From positions 390,001 to 422,000 of the forward strand of contig NZ_CP046577.1 of assembly GCF_013365435.1 (NCBI RefSeq): a DNA stretch of 32,000 nt, read 5' to 3'. The stretch comes from Wolbachia endosymbiont of Litomosoides sigmodontis. Lineage in GTDB: Bacteria > Pseudomonadota > Alphaproteobacteria > Rickettsiales > Anaplasmataceae. A model generated the notes under the pieces. The model saw nothing but the letters and a program-made list of their open reading frames with translations, was not told the DNA's origin and did not search any database. This document shows positions 9,783 to 20,501 of this stretch, piece after piece. Made by a program: the position numbers and the translations under genes. The first letter of the stretch is position 1; every line of letters starts with the position of its first letter.

Positions 9783-10578
9783 ATATTAAACTTTATTATA
9801 GAACACTGGATGATTATCTTATTCTTCCAGTAGTTTTTTTGTTAGCTATGAGATTCATTATTGTCTATTCTGCAAGCCATGTAATTGCACAGTCTTTCTT
9901 TGCCACAAGATTACTTTTATACGACGCCACATACTTTATATAATTCTATCATTGATTACCTTAGTGACATTTTCTTTTCTCAATACAAAAACTATACTTA
10001 ACCTCTTATTTGCAAGTCTTACTTTATTTATTATTTTAATGGTGGGTGTGTTAATACTTGGTATAGAGACAAAGGGCACAGAAAGTTGGTACATATTGTC
10101 AAAATTTCAGTTCATCTTATCTAAGGTTGTGAGGATTTATAACTTTCTCTTTAATTTACGCAGCACGACAATCTTCAAGTTTTAAAATCATTAGAAGTAT
10201 TCAAAAAAGGTCAGTTAACTGATATTTGGCCTGGTGAAGGCAGTGTAAAGATCTTTCTTCCTGATTGTCAACACAGATTTTAATTTTCTGTTTTAGTAAA
10301 GGAATTTGGTTTGATTATGTGTTTAGCCACATTGATGTTATTCTGCACCATTTCTGCTCGCTTACTTTCTATTGCATATAGAAAAAATGAACTATTTAAT
10401 TTGCTGGTGATTTTTGGTATCTTAATTCAATTTATTACACAATTTGTAATAAACATATGTGGTAACATTGAGCATTTTTCCAATCACTGGCATAATCTTA
10501 CCGCTACTTAGCTACGGTGATTTTTTTTATCTTTTGAGCATCGTAGTTGTTATGATGCTGCCTTTTAGTAGAAATTAG
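9779..10578 (+). pseudogene. SEDS-family (FtsW/RodA) cell-wall polymerase pseudogene
   Basis: The start ATG overlaps the ubiE stop (ATGA). Fragments lie in three frames: [33 protein letters not shown]..., GIETKGTESWYILSKFQF, LPDCQHRF*FSVLVKEFGLIMC, and LSIFPITGIILPLLSYGDFFYLLSIVVVMMLPF (canonical LP.TGI.LPF.SYGGSS). There are several stops and frameshifts. The total of about 800 nt is well short of an intact gene of about 1.1 kb. Confidence 0.75.
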
Positions 10579-10710
10579 GCTATCATATTAAATTTTCGTA
10601 AGTGTCTTTCTTTGAAAGACGCACTATAAACTAGTTCATTTATACTATACCTTTCCTCTTTCTCCTGAAATTAAAACCCATATACTTAATTTCAGAAACT
10701 TCAAAATAAG

Positions 10711-12417
10711 ATGCGATCTAATATCAGGCAATTATTTTATTACATAAAACCTAATCTGCATTATTTTATCATAGCTTTTATTGCCGTTTTATTTTCAGCT
10801 TTAACAATTCTCCTTTTTGGTAGAGGCTTGAGTAACATAATTGATTTTGGTGCGGAGCACAATTTTACCACCAAGCTATTAGTTACTATGTTTATAGTTT
10901 TAGTCATTTCTCTCACCGCATTTATTAGGTTATATTTCATTGGAATTGGCAGCGAAAAAGTTATTGCAAAAATAAGATATGACTTGTATGGCAATATTAC
11001 TGATTTGCAACCAAGTTTCTTTGAGAATACAAGTGTTCAAGATGTCATCTCAGCGCTAATTACTGATACCTCTGTGCTGCAATCGATAATGAATAGCAGC
11101 TTACTAACCATATTACGAAATTCTGTAATTTTGATTGGTAGTGTTGTTATGCTACTATATACAAACCTACATTTAACTGCATATGCTGCGGCAATAATAC
11201 CAATACTACTCATTATCATGACTTCACTTGGGAAGAAAGTACGCAATTATGCATGCTTTGCTCAGAATAAGCTAAGTGAGCTTGCATCATTTAGTGAAGA
11301 AAATTTTAGGTCTATAGTAACTATCAAATCATTTGTATTGGAAGAAAATGAAAAAATCCGTTTTAAGGAGTATTTAGATTCAGTGTCGAGGTCATATGTA
11401 AAATTAGTATTCTTGCGTGCTATTTTAGTAACCTTGGTTATAGCGTGTGTGATAGGTTCATTGGTAATTTTACTCTTTTTTGGTATTAAAGAAGTCTTAA
11501 ATAAGAATATAACCATTGGAGAATTATCTTCATTTGTATTTTACTCAGCACTTGCGGCAGGAGCTGTAAACAATTTGAGTGATAACATTAGTGACCTACA
11601 GCGTGGCTTTGGAATAATAGAGCGTTTGTTTGAATTTAAGAATATGAAAAGCTCCATAATGGATATTGATGATCCTGTAAAAATTTGTGATATTCAAAAG
11701 GGAATTTCCTTTAATGGTGTAACATTTTTTTATGAGTCTCGACCTGATAAGCCAGCACTAGATGATGTATCATTTTCTATAGAGCCTGGCCAGGCAGTAT
11801 CGATCGTTGGCCCATCTGGTAGTGGTAAGAGTACTATTTTAAAGCTTCTGCTCCGTTTTCATGATCCAAGCAAAGGTAGCGTTACTATTGATGGGTGTAA
11901 TATTAAATCAATTGCTTTAAGTAATCTTAGATCATTGTTTGGTTTAGTGCCACAGGATCATATGATATTTTCGTGTTCAATACTGGAAAATATACTGTAT
12001 GGCAAACCAGATGCTGAATATGAGGAAGTGAAGCAAGCAGCTATCAGTGCTTATGCGATGGAATTTGTTGAAAAGCTGCCTGATAAATTTGACACATTTG
12101 TAGGAAGAAGAGGATTAAAACTTTCCGAAGGACAAAAACAACGTATTATAATAGCAAGGGCCATACTAAAAAATCCCCAAATTTTAATACTGGATGAAGC
12201 AACTTCTGCTCTTGATTATAAAAGTGAAAACCTCGTGCAAAAGGCACTAAGTAAACTAATGCGAAATAGAACAACAATCATGATTACACATAGGCTATCA
12301 ACTGCACTTAAAACTGATAGGATTATAGTAATTAATCATGGAAAAGTAGAAGAAGTAGGAACCCATGACTCTTTAATGAGTAAAGATGGATTGTATGCAA
12401 AATTAACGAAAATATAA
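10711..12417 (+). CDS. ABC transporter, fused permease/ATPase, MsbA/HlyB-like exporter
   Basis: Six-TM N-terminal domain, Walker A GPSGSGKST, the signature LSEGQKQR, Walker B ILILDEATSALD and the H-loop ITHRLS. The ORF is intact at 568 aa. Confidence 0.9.
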   Translation: MRSNIRQLFYYIKPNLHYFIIAFIAVLFSALTILLFGRGLSNIIDFGAEHNFTTKLLVTMFIVLVISLTAFIRLYFIGIGSEKVIAKIRYDLYGNITDLQPSFFENTSVQDVISALITDTSVLQSIMNSSLLTILRNSVILIGSVVMLLYTNLHLTAYAAAIIPILLIIMTSLGKKVRNYACFAQNKLSELASFSEENFRSIVTIKSFVLEENEKIRFKEYLDSVSRSYVKLVFLRAILVTLVIACVIGSLVILLFFGIKEVLNKNITIGELSSFVFYSALAAGAVNNLSDNISDLQRGFGIIERLFEFKNMKSSIMDIDDPVKICDIQKGISFNGVTFFYESRPDKPALDDVSFSIEPGQAVSIVGPSGSGKSTILKLLLRFHDPSKGSVTIDGCNIKSIALSNLRSLFGLVPQDHMIFSCSILENILYGKPDAEYEEVKQAAISAYAMEFVEKLPDKFDTFVGRRGLKLSEGQKQRIIIARAILKNPQILILDEATSALDYKSENLVQKALSKLMRNRTTIMITHRLSTALKTDRIIVINHGKVEEVGTHDSLMSKDGLYAKLTKI

Positions 12418-12659
12418 GTGGTATGACTGTTAAAGTGCTATGCAAATCAAAAAAATTCAAGTTATACTGCTATCATTGGATAAATGTACTGAACTTAGAA
12501 GAAAATCATTAAATTCCTAACTGTTTTAACCTATAATAACTTAATACTATTTTAAAAATGTATAACTTCTCATTTACCAGTACGATTTTTCTAATTATTT
12601 ATATTATTATTGCTATAATACATATCACAACTCTTGTAATGTATAATGACATTGCAGAA

Positions 12660-13330
12660 TTATTTAATTGCGGAGTGAGAAAGAGATGTGATAAATTTGC
12701 ATAAGTCACTCTCGAGCAAAGCAATTGTATTATAGACTTTATTACGCAAAAGGCTTCTTCCATTTCTATGATTAACTGTACTGTAGAGATAAAAATTCTG
12801 TCTGCCTAATTTTGCTTTAAACTGTGTTCTAGTACTAATTTTCACTGTACAAGGAATTAGTAGATAATAATGGGAAAGGCCGTGGTGGAGTATAAGTAAA
12901 ATAGCGAGGGTTAAATAGCGTTGAAATCAAAATGAGCAGGTAAAGTAGGCAGGAAGAGTTTTAAAAAAACTTAGTGAGGCTATTGGTAAGTATTATAAAA
13001 ACAAGAGTTATTTTTCTTTGATAAATTGCGATTTGGTGCAAGAACACAGGTTAAGTAGAATTAGGTAGATGAAATTTTTATTTCCACAGTGCATTCTATT
13101 TTAGAAATAGAAGGGGTTATAGTTTATTTCACCGAATGTTAACATTAATTGTATGAATATATTTCTTGAATAAATCACAACACTTAAGAACATAAGAAGC
13201 CTTTTTTATCATAGATTGTACTAGTTGGCATAAGTCAAAAAAATTTAAAAGTCTGTAATACAATTGCTTTGCTTGAAAGCTCTTTATGCAAATTTATTAT
13301 TTCTCTTTCTCACTTCGTTATTGAGTAACT
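12660..13330. mobile_element. composite IS630-family remnant (copy C): two deleted copies head-to-head, giving ~78-nt terminal inverted repeats
   Basis: The left arm 12660-12737 is about 80% identical (hand count 63/78) to the reverse complement of the right arm 13251-13328. Minus-strand 12660-12845 encodes FYLYSTVNHRNG..LLRNKVYNTIALLESDLCKFITSLSHSAIK*. The plus-strand right part encodes ...NCMNIFLE..VCNTIALLESSLCKFIISLSH. Confidence 0.65.
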
Positions 13331-13534
13331 CTGTAATATCACTTGTCTGACTCATTAATAATGAGAATTAGCGTAATATGCGGTCTGTTATATTGCACTT
13401 TTTCTGCAATTACAGCATTTCTCTTGCTGATTTTACGACTTTTCTATCCAATAATTTGGTATATATAACGCAACCCTTTCATTAGCCTTATTTATTTGCT
13501 ATATTGTTAGAGGTTTTCGTGATTTTTTCAGTCG

Positions 13535-15232
13535 ATGAATATTTTTAAACGGATTTCTTCCTTAATTTTAAGTAAATTAAGTGAGTTAAAGCAAGGAACG
13601 TCAAGTGCAGTAAGTTTTATTGTGGAGCCTCCAAGCAATAGAGCATACGGTGATATTTATACAAATGTTGCTATGGTGCTTGCAAAGCACGAAAAGAAGA
13701 AACCTGTCGAGATTGCAGAGGTTTTAGCTAGAGAATTTGCACTATTTGATGAGATTGCAAAAGTAGAAATAGCTAGCCCTGGTTTTATCAATATAAACTT
13801 GAAGGTAGAAGTATGGTATGAGATTTTAGAGCAGATAAATGAATTAAAAACGGAGTTTGGTACTCTCAACATTGGAAATGACCAGGCTATTAATGTTGAA
13901 TTTGTATCTGCAAATCCAACTGGCCCACTGCATATTGGTCATGCAAGAGGTGCAGTATTTGGTGATGTTTTAACAAATTTGCTGAAAAAGGTTGGTTATA
14001 GGGTTACTAAGGAATACTATATTAATGATACAGGAGTACAGATAGACAGGCTAGTTCGTTCTGTGTATTTGCGATATAGAGAAGCTCTAGGAGAAAAAAT
14101 TAACATTGAAAAAGGTTTATACCCTGGTGAATATTTAAAGCCAATAGGAGAAGGTCTAGCCAGAAAATATGGCAAAGGGCTTCTAGAAAAGCAGGATAAT
14201 CAAATAATTAGAGAATATACTTTAAACTCCATCTTAGAGATGATAAAGGAAGACATGAATTTACTTGGAGTAAGGCATGATGTTTTCACTTCAGAGTATG
14301 AGCTACAAAAAAGTGGTAAGATTGGAAAAAGTATAAAGCTGTTATCTGATAAGGGCTTAGTGTATGAAGGATACCTAAAAGAACCAAAGGGTAAAGGGAG
14401 TGAAAATTGGATTTCCAGGAAGGAGATGTTGTTTCGCTCTACAGAATTTGGTGATGATGTTGATCGTGCACTGAAAAAAGAAGACGGCAGTTGGACTTAT
14501 TTTGCTTCAGACATTGCTTACCATTTTGATAAAATATCACGTGGTTTTAACAATATGATAGTAGCACTTGGTAGTGATCACGGTGGCTACACAAAAAGGT
14601 TGAAAGCAGTTATTCCTGTGCTAAGTGATAATCAAGCAAAAATAGAGGTAAAACTGCATAACATTGTGAATTTTTTTGAGAATGGAAAACTTGTTAAGAT
14701 GTCGAAGAGATCAGGAAACTTTCTGACAGTAAGGGATGTAGTAGAAGAAGTTGGTAAAGATATTACTCGTTTTATAATGCTAACACGCAAGAACGACATG
14801 GTTCTTGACTTTGATTTTACTAAAGTTAAAAAGCAGTCAAAAGACAATCCTATTTTTTATGTGCAATATGCGCATGCTCGTGCTCATTCACTGATGTGCA
14901 ACGCTCCAAAAAAACTCCCAAAAGCGAATCCTTCACTCTTGAGGACCAATGAAGAGCTCTCTCTCATAAAAACCTTGGCAAAATGGCCAGATGTAGTGGA
15001 AACTTCAGCAAGGCTTTATGAACCGCACAGAATCACTTTCTATTTGCTTGAAGTTGCAGAAGCATTTCACGTTTTATGGGGTTATGGAAAGAGTAATTTA
15101 AATATGCGATTCATACTAGAAGATAACCTAAGTCTTACCGCTGCGAGAATGTTTCTTGTACGAGCTTTAGCACATGTCATCGCTTCTGGACTTTCTATCT
15201 TTAACATAGAGCCATTGGAAGAGATGAGGTAA
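13535..15232 (+). CDS. argS: arginyl-tRNA synthetase
   Basis: Has [15 protein letters not shown] (HIGH), the KMSKRSGN segment and the DALR anticodon-binding C-terminus ([12 protein letters not shown]). The ORF is intact at 565 aa. Confidence 0.95.
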   Translation: MNIFKRISSLILSKLSELKQGTSSAVSFIVEPPSNRAYGDIYTNVAMVLAKHEKKKPVEIAEVLAREFALFDEIAKVEIASPGFININLKVEVWYEILEQINELKTEFGTLNIGNDQAINVEFVSANPTGPLHIGHARGAVFGDVLTNLLKKVGYRVTKEYYINDTGVQIDRLVRSVYLRYREALGEKINIEKGLYPGEYLKPIGEGLARKYGKGLLEKQDNQIIREYTLNSILEMIKEDMNLLGVRHDVFTSEYELQKSGKIGKSIKLLSDKGLVYEGYLKEPKGKGSENWISRKEMLFRSTEFGDDVDRALKKEDGSWTYFASDIAYHFDKISRGFNNMIVALGSDHGGYTKRLKAVIPVLSDNQAKIEVKLHNIVNFFENGKLVKMSKRSGNFLTVRDVVEEVGKDITRFIMLTRKNDMVLDFDFTKVKKQSKDNPIFYVQYAHARAHSLMCNAPKKLPKANPSLLRTNEELSLIKTLAKWPDVVETSARLYEPHRITFYLLEVAEAFHVLWGYGKSNLNMRFILEDNLSLTAARMFLVRALAHVIASGLSIFNIEPLEEMR

Positions 15233-16019
15233 ATAAAAAATATAAAAAGCAGTAATACACCTGAGTTAATAAAGAGATAGGTGATACGGAAGCTATACTT
15301 CTTATTAGGCAGTAGTTGAGAATCATAAGACAAAATACCTTATTGAATACAAGCAAAAATATCTAGTAAATGTGCACTACGGTACGGTGCAATATTATCA
15401 CTTAGCTATTATTAGCAACTAAAACAGTGAATATAGATGCAATACCCGCTACGGTAAATTCAGTCTAGGTTTTTGTGATATTGCTTTTTGATCTTGTTTA
15501 TACATTATATGACTTGGTTCACTAACACTTTTTTTTAATTATGTATATATTAGAAGCTTCTTGTGAAGAAAATAGATGCAATAGTAATATCAGATATCCA
15601 TTGAAAAAGTTATCGCCAAGTACAGCGTCACAGATGTGCCAATTGCAGTTGAAATAAAAAGCAGAGGCCAAAAACATTTCAGGCAGTAATAATTTAGCAA
15701 CACTACTAATTGATTGAGTGACTGCGAAAAGTGCTTGGAAAACAGAGAAATTAAACACATAGTAAGGGTGTTTTTGTTATCCATGATGCCCTCAATGACA
15801 GTGTAGAGGTTGTGCTAAATCTTATTTGTACTACTACGTGATACAGCAAAAAAAGTGCTGGTAATAAACAAATTACTGATGAAGTGAATTACTAATTCCA
15901 ATAAAGGAAAAATAAGTGCCACTTCTAAGATATAAGATTAAAAAAATAACCAGAGGGAATAAGCAAGTGCTAATGATAATTTTCATTGTGGTAGGTTAAA
16001 TGGGTGAGACATTACAGGC

Positions 16020-16700
16020 TGTTTAATTACGGAGTGGAAAAGATGGAGGTAATAATTTGTACAAAGCACTCTCAAGTAAAGCAATTGTGTTATTGCCTTT
16101 ATTACGAAAATGTTCTGTTTTATACATAATCAAAAGTCTCTCATAGGATTGAGGGCTCAGATCAGTATAGTAATGGATACCAACTAGTACAACAATTCAT
16201 GATAAGAAAGGCTTTTTGCATTCTCAGATATTATGCGACATTTGTTCAGAAGATATATTCATACAATTAGGTTGACATCTGGTGCAAATAAGTTAAAATT
16301 CTTTGCTGAGGTAAGTAAAATAGCGAGATTTTTAAATTGTGTTATAATCAACAAAATTATTAGATGACAAAGTCGTGGAATTGGTAAAAAATGCTGAAGG
16401 AAGTACAAAATAATGCATGTGTTACAAAAAAACAAGTACTGTCTCATTGCAGCAAAAAAGCGCAGTATAACATCTGTAGCAAAAATATGTTGCATTAATG
16501 TGCAAAAAATGAAGTTTTTGTATCTTATGTCAAGATTAATCACAATGAACAGGATAAAGGTAGACAGAAAAAGTTAAAAAAAACTTAATGAGGCTATTGA
16601 TAAGTATCCTGAATAGTAAAACACAAGTTAAAGTAAAATTAGGTAGACAAAATTTTTACTCCAATGCAGTTGACCTTGAAAATTGGTATAAGAGACTCAC
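16020..16700. mobile_element. composite IS630-family remnant (copy D): inverted 3' half (about 16020-16305) joined to a plus-oriented 5' part (about 16306-16700)
   Basis: The left end tgtttaattacggagtggaaaagatgg matches the terminal repeat of copies C and E. The reverse complement carries gtatgaatatatcttctgaac, cttatcatgaattg and gagccctcaatcctatgagagactttt (LNPxxxF). The right part matches the copy E 5' region and ends at the ctaG stop codon. Confidence 0.6.
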
Positions 16701-16708
16701 ATTTTCTA

Positions 16709-17242
16709 CTATTTAAGCTTAAAAAATGTATATGATAGTGTTATTTCACTTAAATCTTTTGTGCTATCATCAAGCATTATACTAGGATCTATATAGAAAG
16801 CTACTGGCATAGCTACTTTTTGTTTAGGTAACAACATTTGCTCTTCAAAACAGAAGCACGCAACTTTGTTAAAATACTTACCTGCTTTGAAAGGTATGAC
16901 ATTATATACTGCCATTCCAAGTAAAGGCTGATTAGATAGATTTTCTGCGTAATAAAAAGCTAGGCTTTGTTCTCCTATATTTATGTCAATATAGTTAGTT
17001 TCTGAGTTGAACTTCCATGGTAATTCTGGCATTATATCAGCGTTAAAATAAACCCTAATTTTTTGGCTGGTTATGTTAGTTATCGCACCTGTTGCTTTTT
17101 TTGTTGTACCACCGTATCCAGTAGCTTTACAAAAAATGTTATACAGTGGTACCGATGCATATGCAAGACACAGCATCAATATCACTAAAGATGTTAGAAA
17201 AAAAACTATAGAACTCTCACTCCTTTTTCCAAAGGAAAGCAT
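16709..17242 (-). CDS. ctaG: cytochrome c oxidase assembly protein CtaG/Cox11
   Basis: Has VPLYNIFCKATGYGGTT, CFCFEEQ and ITLSYTFF. Its start abuts the stop of the upstream BI-1 gene with a 0-nt spacer. Confidence 0.9.
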   Translation of the reverse strand: MLSFGKRSESSIVFFLTSLVILMLCLAYASVPLYNIFCKATGYGGTTKKATGAITNITSQKIRVYFNADIMPELPWKFNSETNYIDINIGEQSLAFYYAENLSNQPLLGMAVYNVIPFKAGKYFNKVACFCFEEQMLLPKQKVAMPVAFYIDPSIMLDDSTKDLSEITLSYTFFKLK

Positions 17243-17965
17243 CTAATCCCTATTGTTGAACAAGTTAAGTAACTTGAGTAAATTAAGAAATATATTGATA
17301 AAATCAAAATAAAGATTAGTTGCACCAAGTATAGCTAGCTTAGTAATTGTAACCTCTGAGCCATCATTATACCTATAATAAATATCTTTGATTCTCTGAG
17401 CATCGTATGCAGTCATGAAGGTAAAGATTATTACTGATATGAATGATATTGTAAAGTAGAGAGGACTGCTTCCAAGGAATAAATTAACTATAGATGCAAT
17501 GATTAATCCCCAGGTTCCCATAATTAAAAATGAACCAATACTAGTCAAGTCTTTTTTTGTACTGTTGCCGTATAAAGCCATAGAACCAAACATGATTGAT
17601 GTGATAAAGAATGCTCTTGCTATATTTTCTGCAGTGTAAACTATAAAAATATAGGATAGAGAAATTCCCATTAGAACTGAAAACAGGAAAAATACAGTGA
17701 CTGTAGACTGAGCACTTAGGTAGTGAAGCCTATAAGACATGTAAAATACCAGTGCAATTGGAGATAGCATTGTTACAATCGACAGAACTGGATTAGAATA
17801 AATTACCTGGAAAAGACCAAAAAATACCGTTAGAAATGCAACAAGCCCTGTCACACCCAAAGCTAAAGCCATATAATTATATACTTTAGTTAGATAATTT
17901 CTAAGCCCAGCGCTATAGTAAACGCCTTGAGAACGGATATCCTGCTCATTTTTCATATAAGACAT
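17243..17965 (-). CDS. Bax inhibitor-1/YccA family membrane protein
   Basis: Seven-TM profile, N-terminal LRNYLTKVYNYMALALGVTGLVAF and the family-typical YDAQRIKDIY near the C-terminus. Confidence 0.85.
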   Translation of the reverse strand: MSYMKNEQDIRSQGVYYSAGLRNYLTKVYNYMALALGVTGLVAFLTVFFGLFQVIYSNPVLSIVTMLSPIALVFYMSYRLHYLSAQSTVTVFFLFSVLMGISLSYIFIVYTAENIARAFFITSIMFGSMALYGNSTKKDLTSIGSFLIMGTWGLIIASIVNLFLGSSPLYFTISFISVIIFTFMTAYDAQRIKDIYYRYNDGSEVTITKLAILGATNLYFDFINIFLNLLKLLNLFNNRD

Positions 17966-18037
17966 AATAATATACTCCTTGTTGTCCCTTAATAATACTT
18001 ATTGTAATACGAAACTGCACTTTTATCAAGTATAAAA

Positions 18038-18817
18038 TCACTTTTTATTATAACTAATATGCAATGTTTTAGTATAGATAGAGTACAATCCTATTGCTGC
18101 TGCATTTGAAACATTTAAGCTATCAGTTACATTTGACATTGGGATTTTTAAAAGATGATCACAATTCTCTTTAACCAACTTCCGTATTCCTTTCTCTTCA
18201 GAACCAAAAATGGTTACTATTCTTTTCCCAAAGCTCTTTATTTCATCTATGTTCTCTTTAGCATTGCTATCAAAACCATAACACCAGTAACCTACTTTTT
18301 TAAAATATTCCATAGTTTTTACTATGTTTGTGACGTATACTAGAGGGACAACATCTAATGTTCCACTTGCTGCTTTTGCGATAGAAGCATTTTCACTTGG
18401 TGAATGGTTATATGGTAAAATCAATGCGTTAATATTAAAACAAGCTGATGTTCTTAAAATTGATCCAATGTTGTGCGTATCAGTAACTTGATCTAAGATG
18501 ACTATAATAGAGCTGTCGCTCGAGTTTTTAGATATTTCTTCAATGCTCAAGGTATGGGAAATAGGGGCAACTTTTAAAGCAATTCCCTGGTGGTTAGCAC
18601 TTTTAGATAGAACTTCATTAAGTATTTTATTCTTCACTAGCTGGAGTTTAATACCCTTATTATTTGCACATTGCATAATTTCTTTTTCATATTCTCTATA
18701 GAAATTTTCTGTTACCAATAGTTCTATACACAGCCTATTTTTGTTCTTTAGTGCTGACATGCAGGTGTGTTTCCCATACAACCAAAAGTTCTCATTAAGT
18801 TTTGACGGTTTCATCAT
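18038..18817 (-). CDS. rlmB: SpoU/TrmH-family 23S rRNA (guanosine-2'-O)-methyltransferase RlmB
   Basis: Has an N-terminal substrate-binding domain (YGKHTCMSALKN), the SpoU motifs LDQVTDTHNIGSILRT and IFGSEEKGI, and LNVSNAAAIGLY. Confidence 0.85.
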   Translation of the reverse strand: MMKPSKLNENFWLYGKHTCMSALKNKNRLCIELLVTENFYREYEKEIMQCANNKGIKLQLVKNKILNEVLSKSANHQGIALKVAPISHTLSIEEISKNSSDSSIIVILDQVTDTHNIGSILRTSACFNINALILPYNHSPSENASIAKAASGTLDVVPLVYVTNIVKTMEYFKKVGYWCYGFDSNAKENIDEIKSFGKRIVTIFGSEEKGIRKLVKENCDHLLKIPMSNVTDSLNVSNAAAIGLYSIYTKTLHISYNKK

Positions 18818-18905
18818 GTTGTCGAAAGTCTAATTTTATAAGATGAGCAACATTTTACTATATTTAGATATTGTTGTAAAATTGTATAATTTAATTAATA
18901 TATTT

Positions 18906-19406
18906 ATGTTAGACGATGATTTAGATTGGAAAAAAAACGTTAAGCTAACAAAATGTGAAAAAGTTACTTTGAAAGTAGATCATAAGGTGGATGTAAAATC
19001 TATAGTCAATAAAGGTACTTCTGACTTACAAGAAAAATTTTTTAGCACTAACAATATTAGCTTGTCATTTTGCCTTGACTATAACACAAAATCAAAAATT
19101 GATAAGGGTAAATATTTTATAAATGATAGACTAGACCTTCATGGCTATAATATAGAGTGTGCTTACTGTAAATTGATAGATTTTATTATTAAAAATTATC
19201 AAGCAGGAAGTAGGTGTTTATTGATAATTACGGGGCAAAGTAATGTAACAGGTAAAACGGACACTATAAAAAATAATTTAAGTAGGTGGTTAGATGATAC
19301 TAAAGTTCGGCATATGATTCTATATTATCAAAGGGCTACAAAAAAACATGGTAGTAAAGGGGCTTTTTATGTTTTATTGAGAAAGAATAAAAATTTTATA
19401 CTCTGA
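18906..19406 (+). CDS. Smr-domain protein
   Basis: Smr domain: LDLHGYNIECAYCKLIDFI...SRCLLIITGQS...LSRWL...HGSKGAFYVLLRK. I prefer the ATG at 18906 (MLDDDLDWKKNV). The track ORF starts at 18843, only 25 nt from the divergent rlmB start. Confidence 0.75.
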   Translation: MLDDDLDWKKNVKLTKCEKVTLKVDHKVDVKSIVNKGTSDLQEKFFSTNNISLSFCLDYNTKSKIDKGKYFINDRLDLHGYNIECAYCKLIDFIIKNYQAGSRCLLIITGQSNVTGKTDTIKNNLSRWLDDTKVRHMILYYQRATKKHGSKGAFYVLLRKNKNFIL

Positions 19407-19795
19407 ATTGTATTGTTATCAGGTACTAAAATTTTCTTTTAAGCTTTAATTTGGATAGATTTCTTGCATAGCATAGAGAAAAGTAGATAATTCACTTTTT
19501 AAGTTGACTTTTTTTATAATGCTGCCGACTTAAGTTGCTTCTACCATAAATACTTCAGAAATTTATTAAGCAAGAAAAAGGCAAAAGAAACTCATGAACT
19601 AGTGTTCAAAATCCTCTGTCTTAAATGCTTTTAATGCAGGAAATTAAGCGTGAGATGCTGAATATTCTATTTTTTGTCATTAACTCATACAAATTGCGAA
19701 GTAAATAATTCGTTTTCATCAGCACCTAAAAATGATGACTAGATACTCAAGTGCACTGCTAAAGATATATGATTATACAGAAAATTTAACAGGTT

Positions 19796-20344
19796 TTAAT
19801 TCCCGTATATCTGAAGTAATTCTTGTGCTCTATCCTTTATTAGAGTTGGGCATTTCCTATCATTTAATAGTAAAAGTAATGTTTTAATCGCACCTTTAAT
19901 GTCATTATTATGTATCTTTACTATAGCAATAGCTTCTTGGCTTGAATAGGGGTATACTGTGCTTGATTCTAGATTATTGATTTTATCTTCATTTATTTTT
20001 TTACCATTTAAGTGAAGTAAATTTATTACTTCTAAATATTGAGCTAGCTCGCGTAAAACATTAGGAATTTCTTTATTATTTGCCATATCACTATAAATAG
20101 ATAGTGCGTCTGTTAGTGTTAAATTTAAGATGTGATTAAATGCACCTTCAAAATTTGCTAAATGCTTCCAATTTGAATCTGTTTTTTCTAGTAGGTTATT
20201 CTCTTTTTTAAAGAATAGTATTTTATAAAACTGATTACCTGCGGTTATAGATTGTTTTGTGTTATCAATATTACGTAATAAGTATAATATAATAATGCTT
20301 ACTAATGTTGATACCAATGCAAGTAAAAAGATGTATTTCTTCAT
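19796..20344 (-). CDS. hypothetical membrane-anchored protein, possibly YfgM/TPR-like
   Basis: Has an N-terminal signal-anchor (MKKYIFLLALVSTLVSIIILYLL) followed by a helical soluble domain. The YfgM-like assignment is a guess from architecture only. Confidence 0.55.
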   Translation of the reverse strand: MKKYIFLLALVSTLVSIIILYLLRNIDNTKQSITAGNQFYKILFFKKENNLLEKTDSNWKHLANFEGAFNHILNLTLTDALSIYSDMANNKEIPNVLRELAQYLEVINLLHLNGKKINEDKINNLESSTVYPYSSQEAIAIVKIHNNDIKGAIKTLLLLLNDRKCPTLIKDRAQELLQIYGN

Positions 20345-20404
20345 AGTAATATCTCAATAGATATGTACTTATATCTTAGTGCTTTATTAATTTGCAAAAA
20401 TATA

Positions 20405-20433
20405 TTGACATAGTTATTACGTCATGTAATAAT
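20405..20433 (+). promoter_or_regulatory. candidate sigma70 promoter for the 16S rRNA gene
   Basis: A perfect -35 TTGACA (20405-20410), a 17-nt spacer and a -10 AATAAT (20428-20433) lie about 135 nt upstream of the mature 16S 5' end. A chance match is possible in AT-rich DNA. Confidence 0.35.
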
Positions 20434-20478
20434 ATTTTTAAAGTTGTTTGAATAGTTGGAAGTTAAAATATTTCTAGA

Positions 20479-20501
20479 GTAGAAATAAAGACAGCAGTAT
20501 A
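20479..20501 (+). other. 5' arm of the 16S rRNA precursor processing stem
   Basis: gtagaaataaagacagcagtata is complementary in 22 of 23 positions to 22117-22139 (tatactgctgtctttacttctac), so the two arms bracket the whole 16S gene. Confidence 0.7.

Noticed and set aside
9952-10511. ORFs 9952-10185 and 10311-10511 as separate small membrane proteins
   Set aside because: Both are fragments of the single SEDS (FtsW/RodA) pseudogene.
12660-12845. 61-aa minus-strand ORF
   Set aside because: It is the C-terminal relic of an internally deleted IS630 transposase (FYLYSTV...LLRNKVYNTIALLES...) and is non-functional.
15522-15784. Two overlapping minus-strand ORFs (78 and 64 aa)
   Set aside because: They are mutually overlapping in different frames. 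They are probably shards of a decayed membrane-protein gene rather than live genes.
16259-16543. 94-aa minus-strand ORF
   Set aside because: It lies within IS630 copy D debris, has low-complexity hydrophobic translation, and has no supporting motif.
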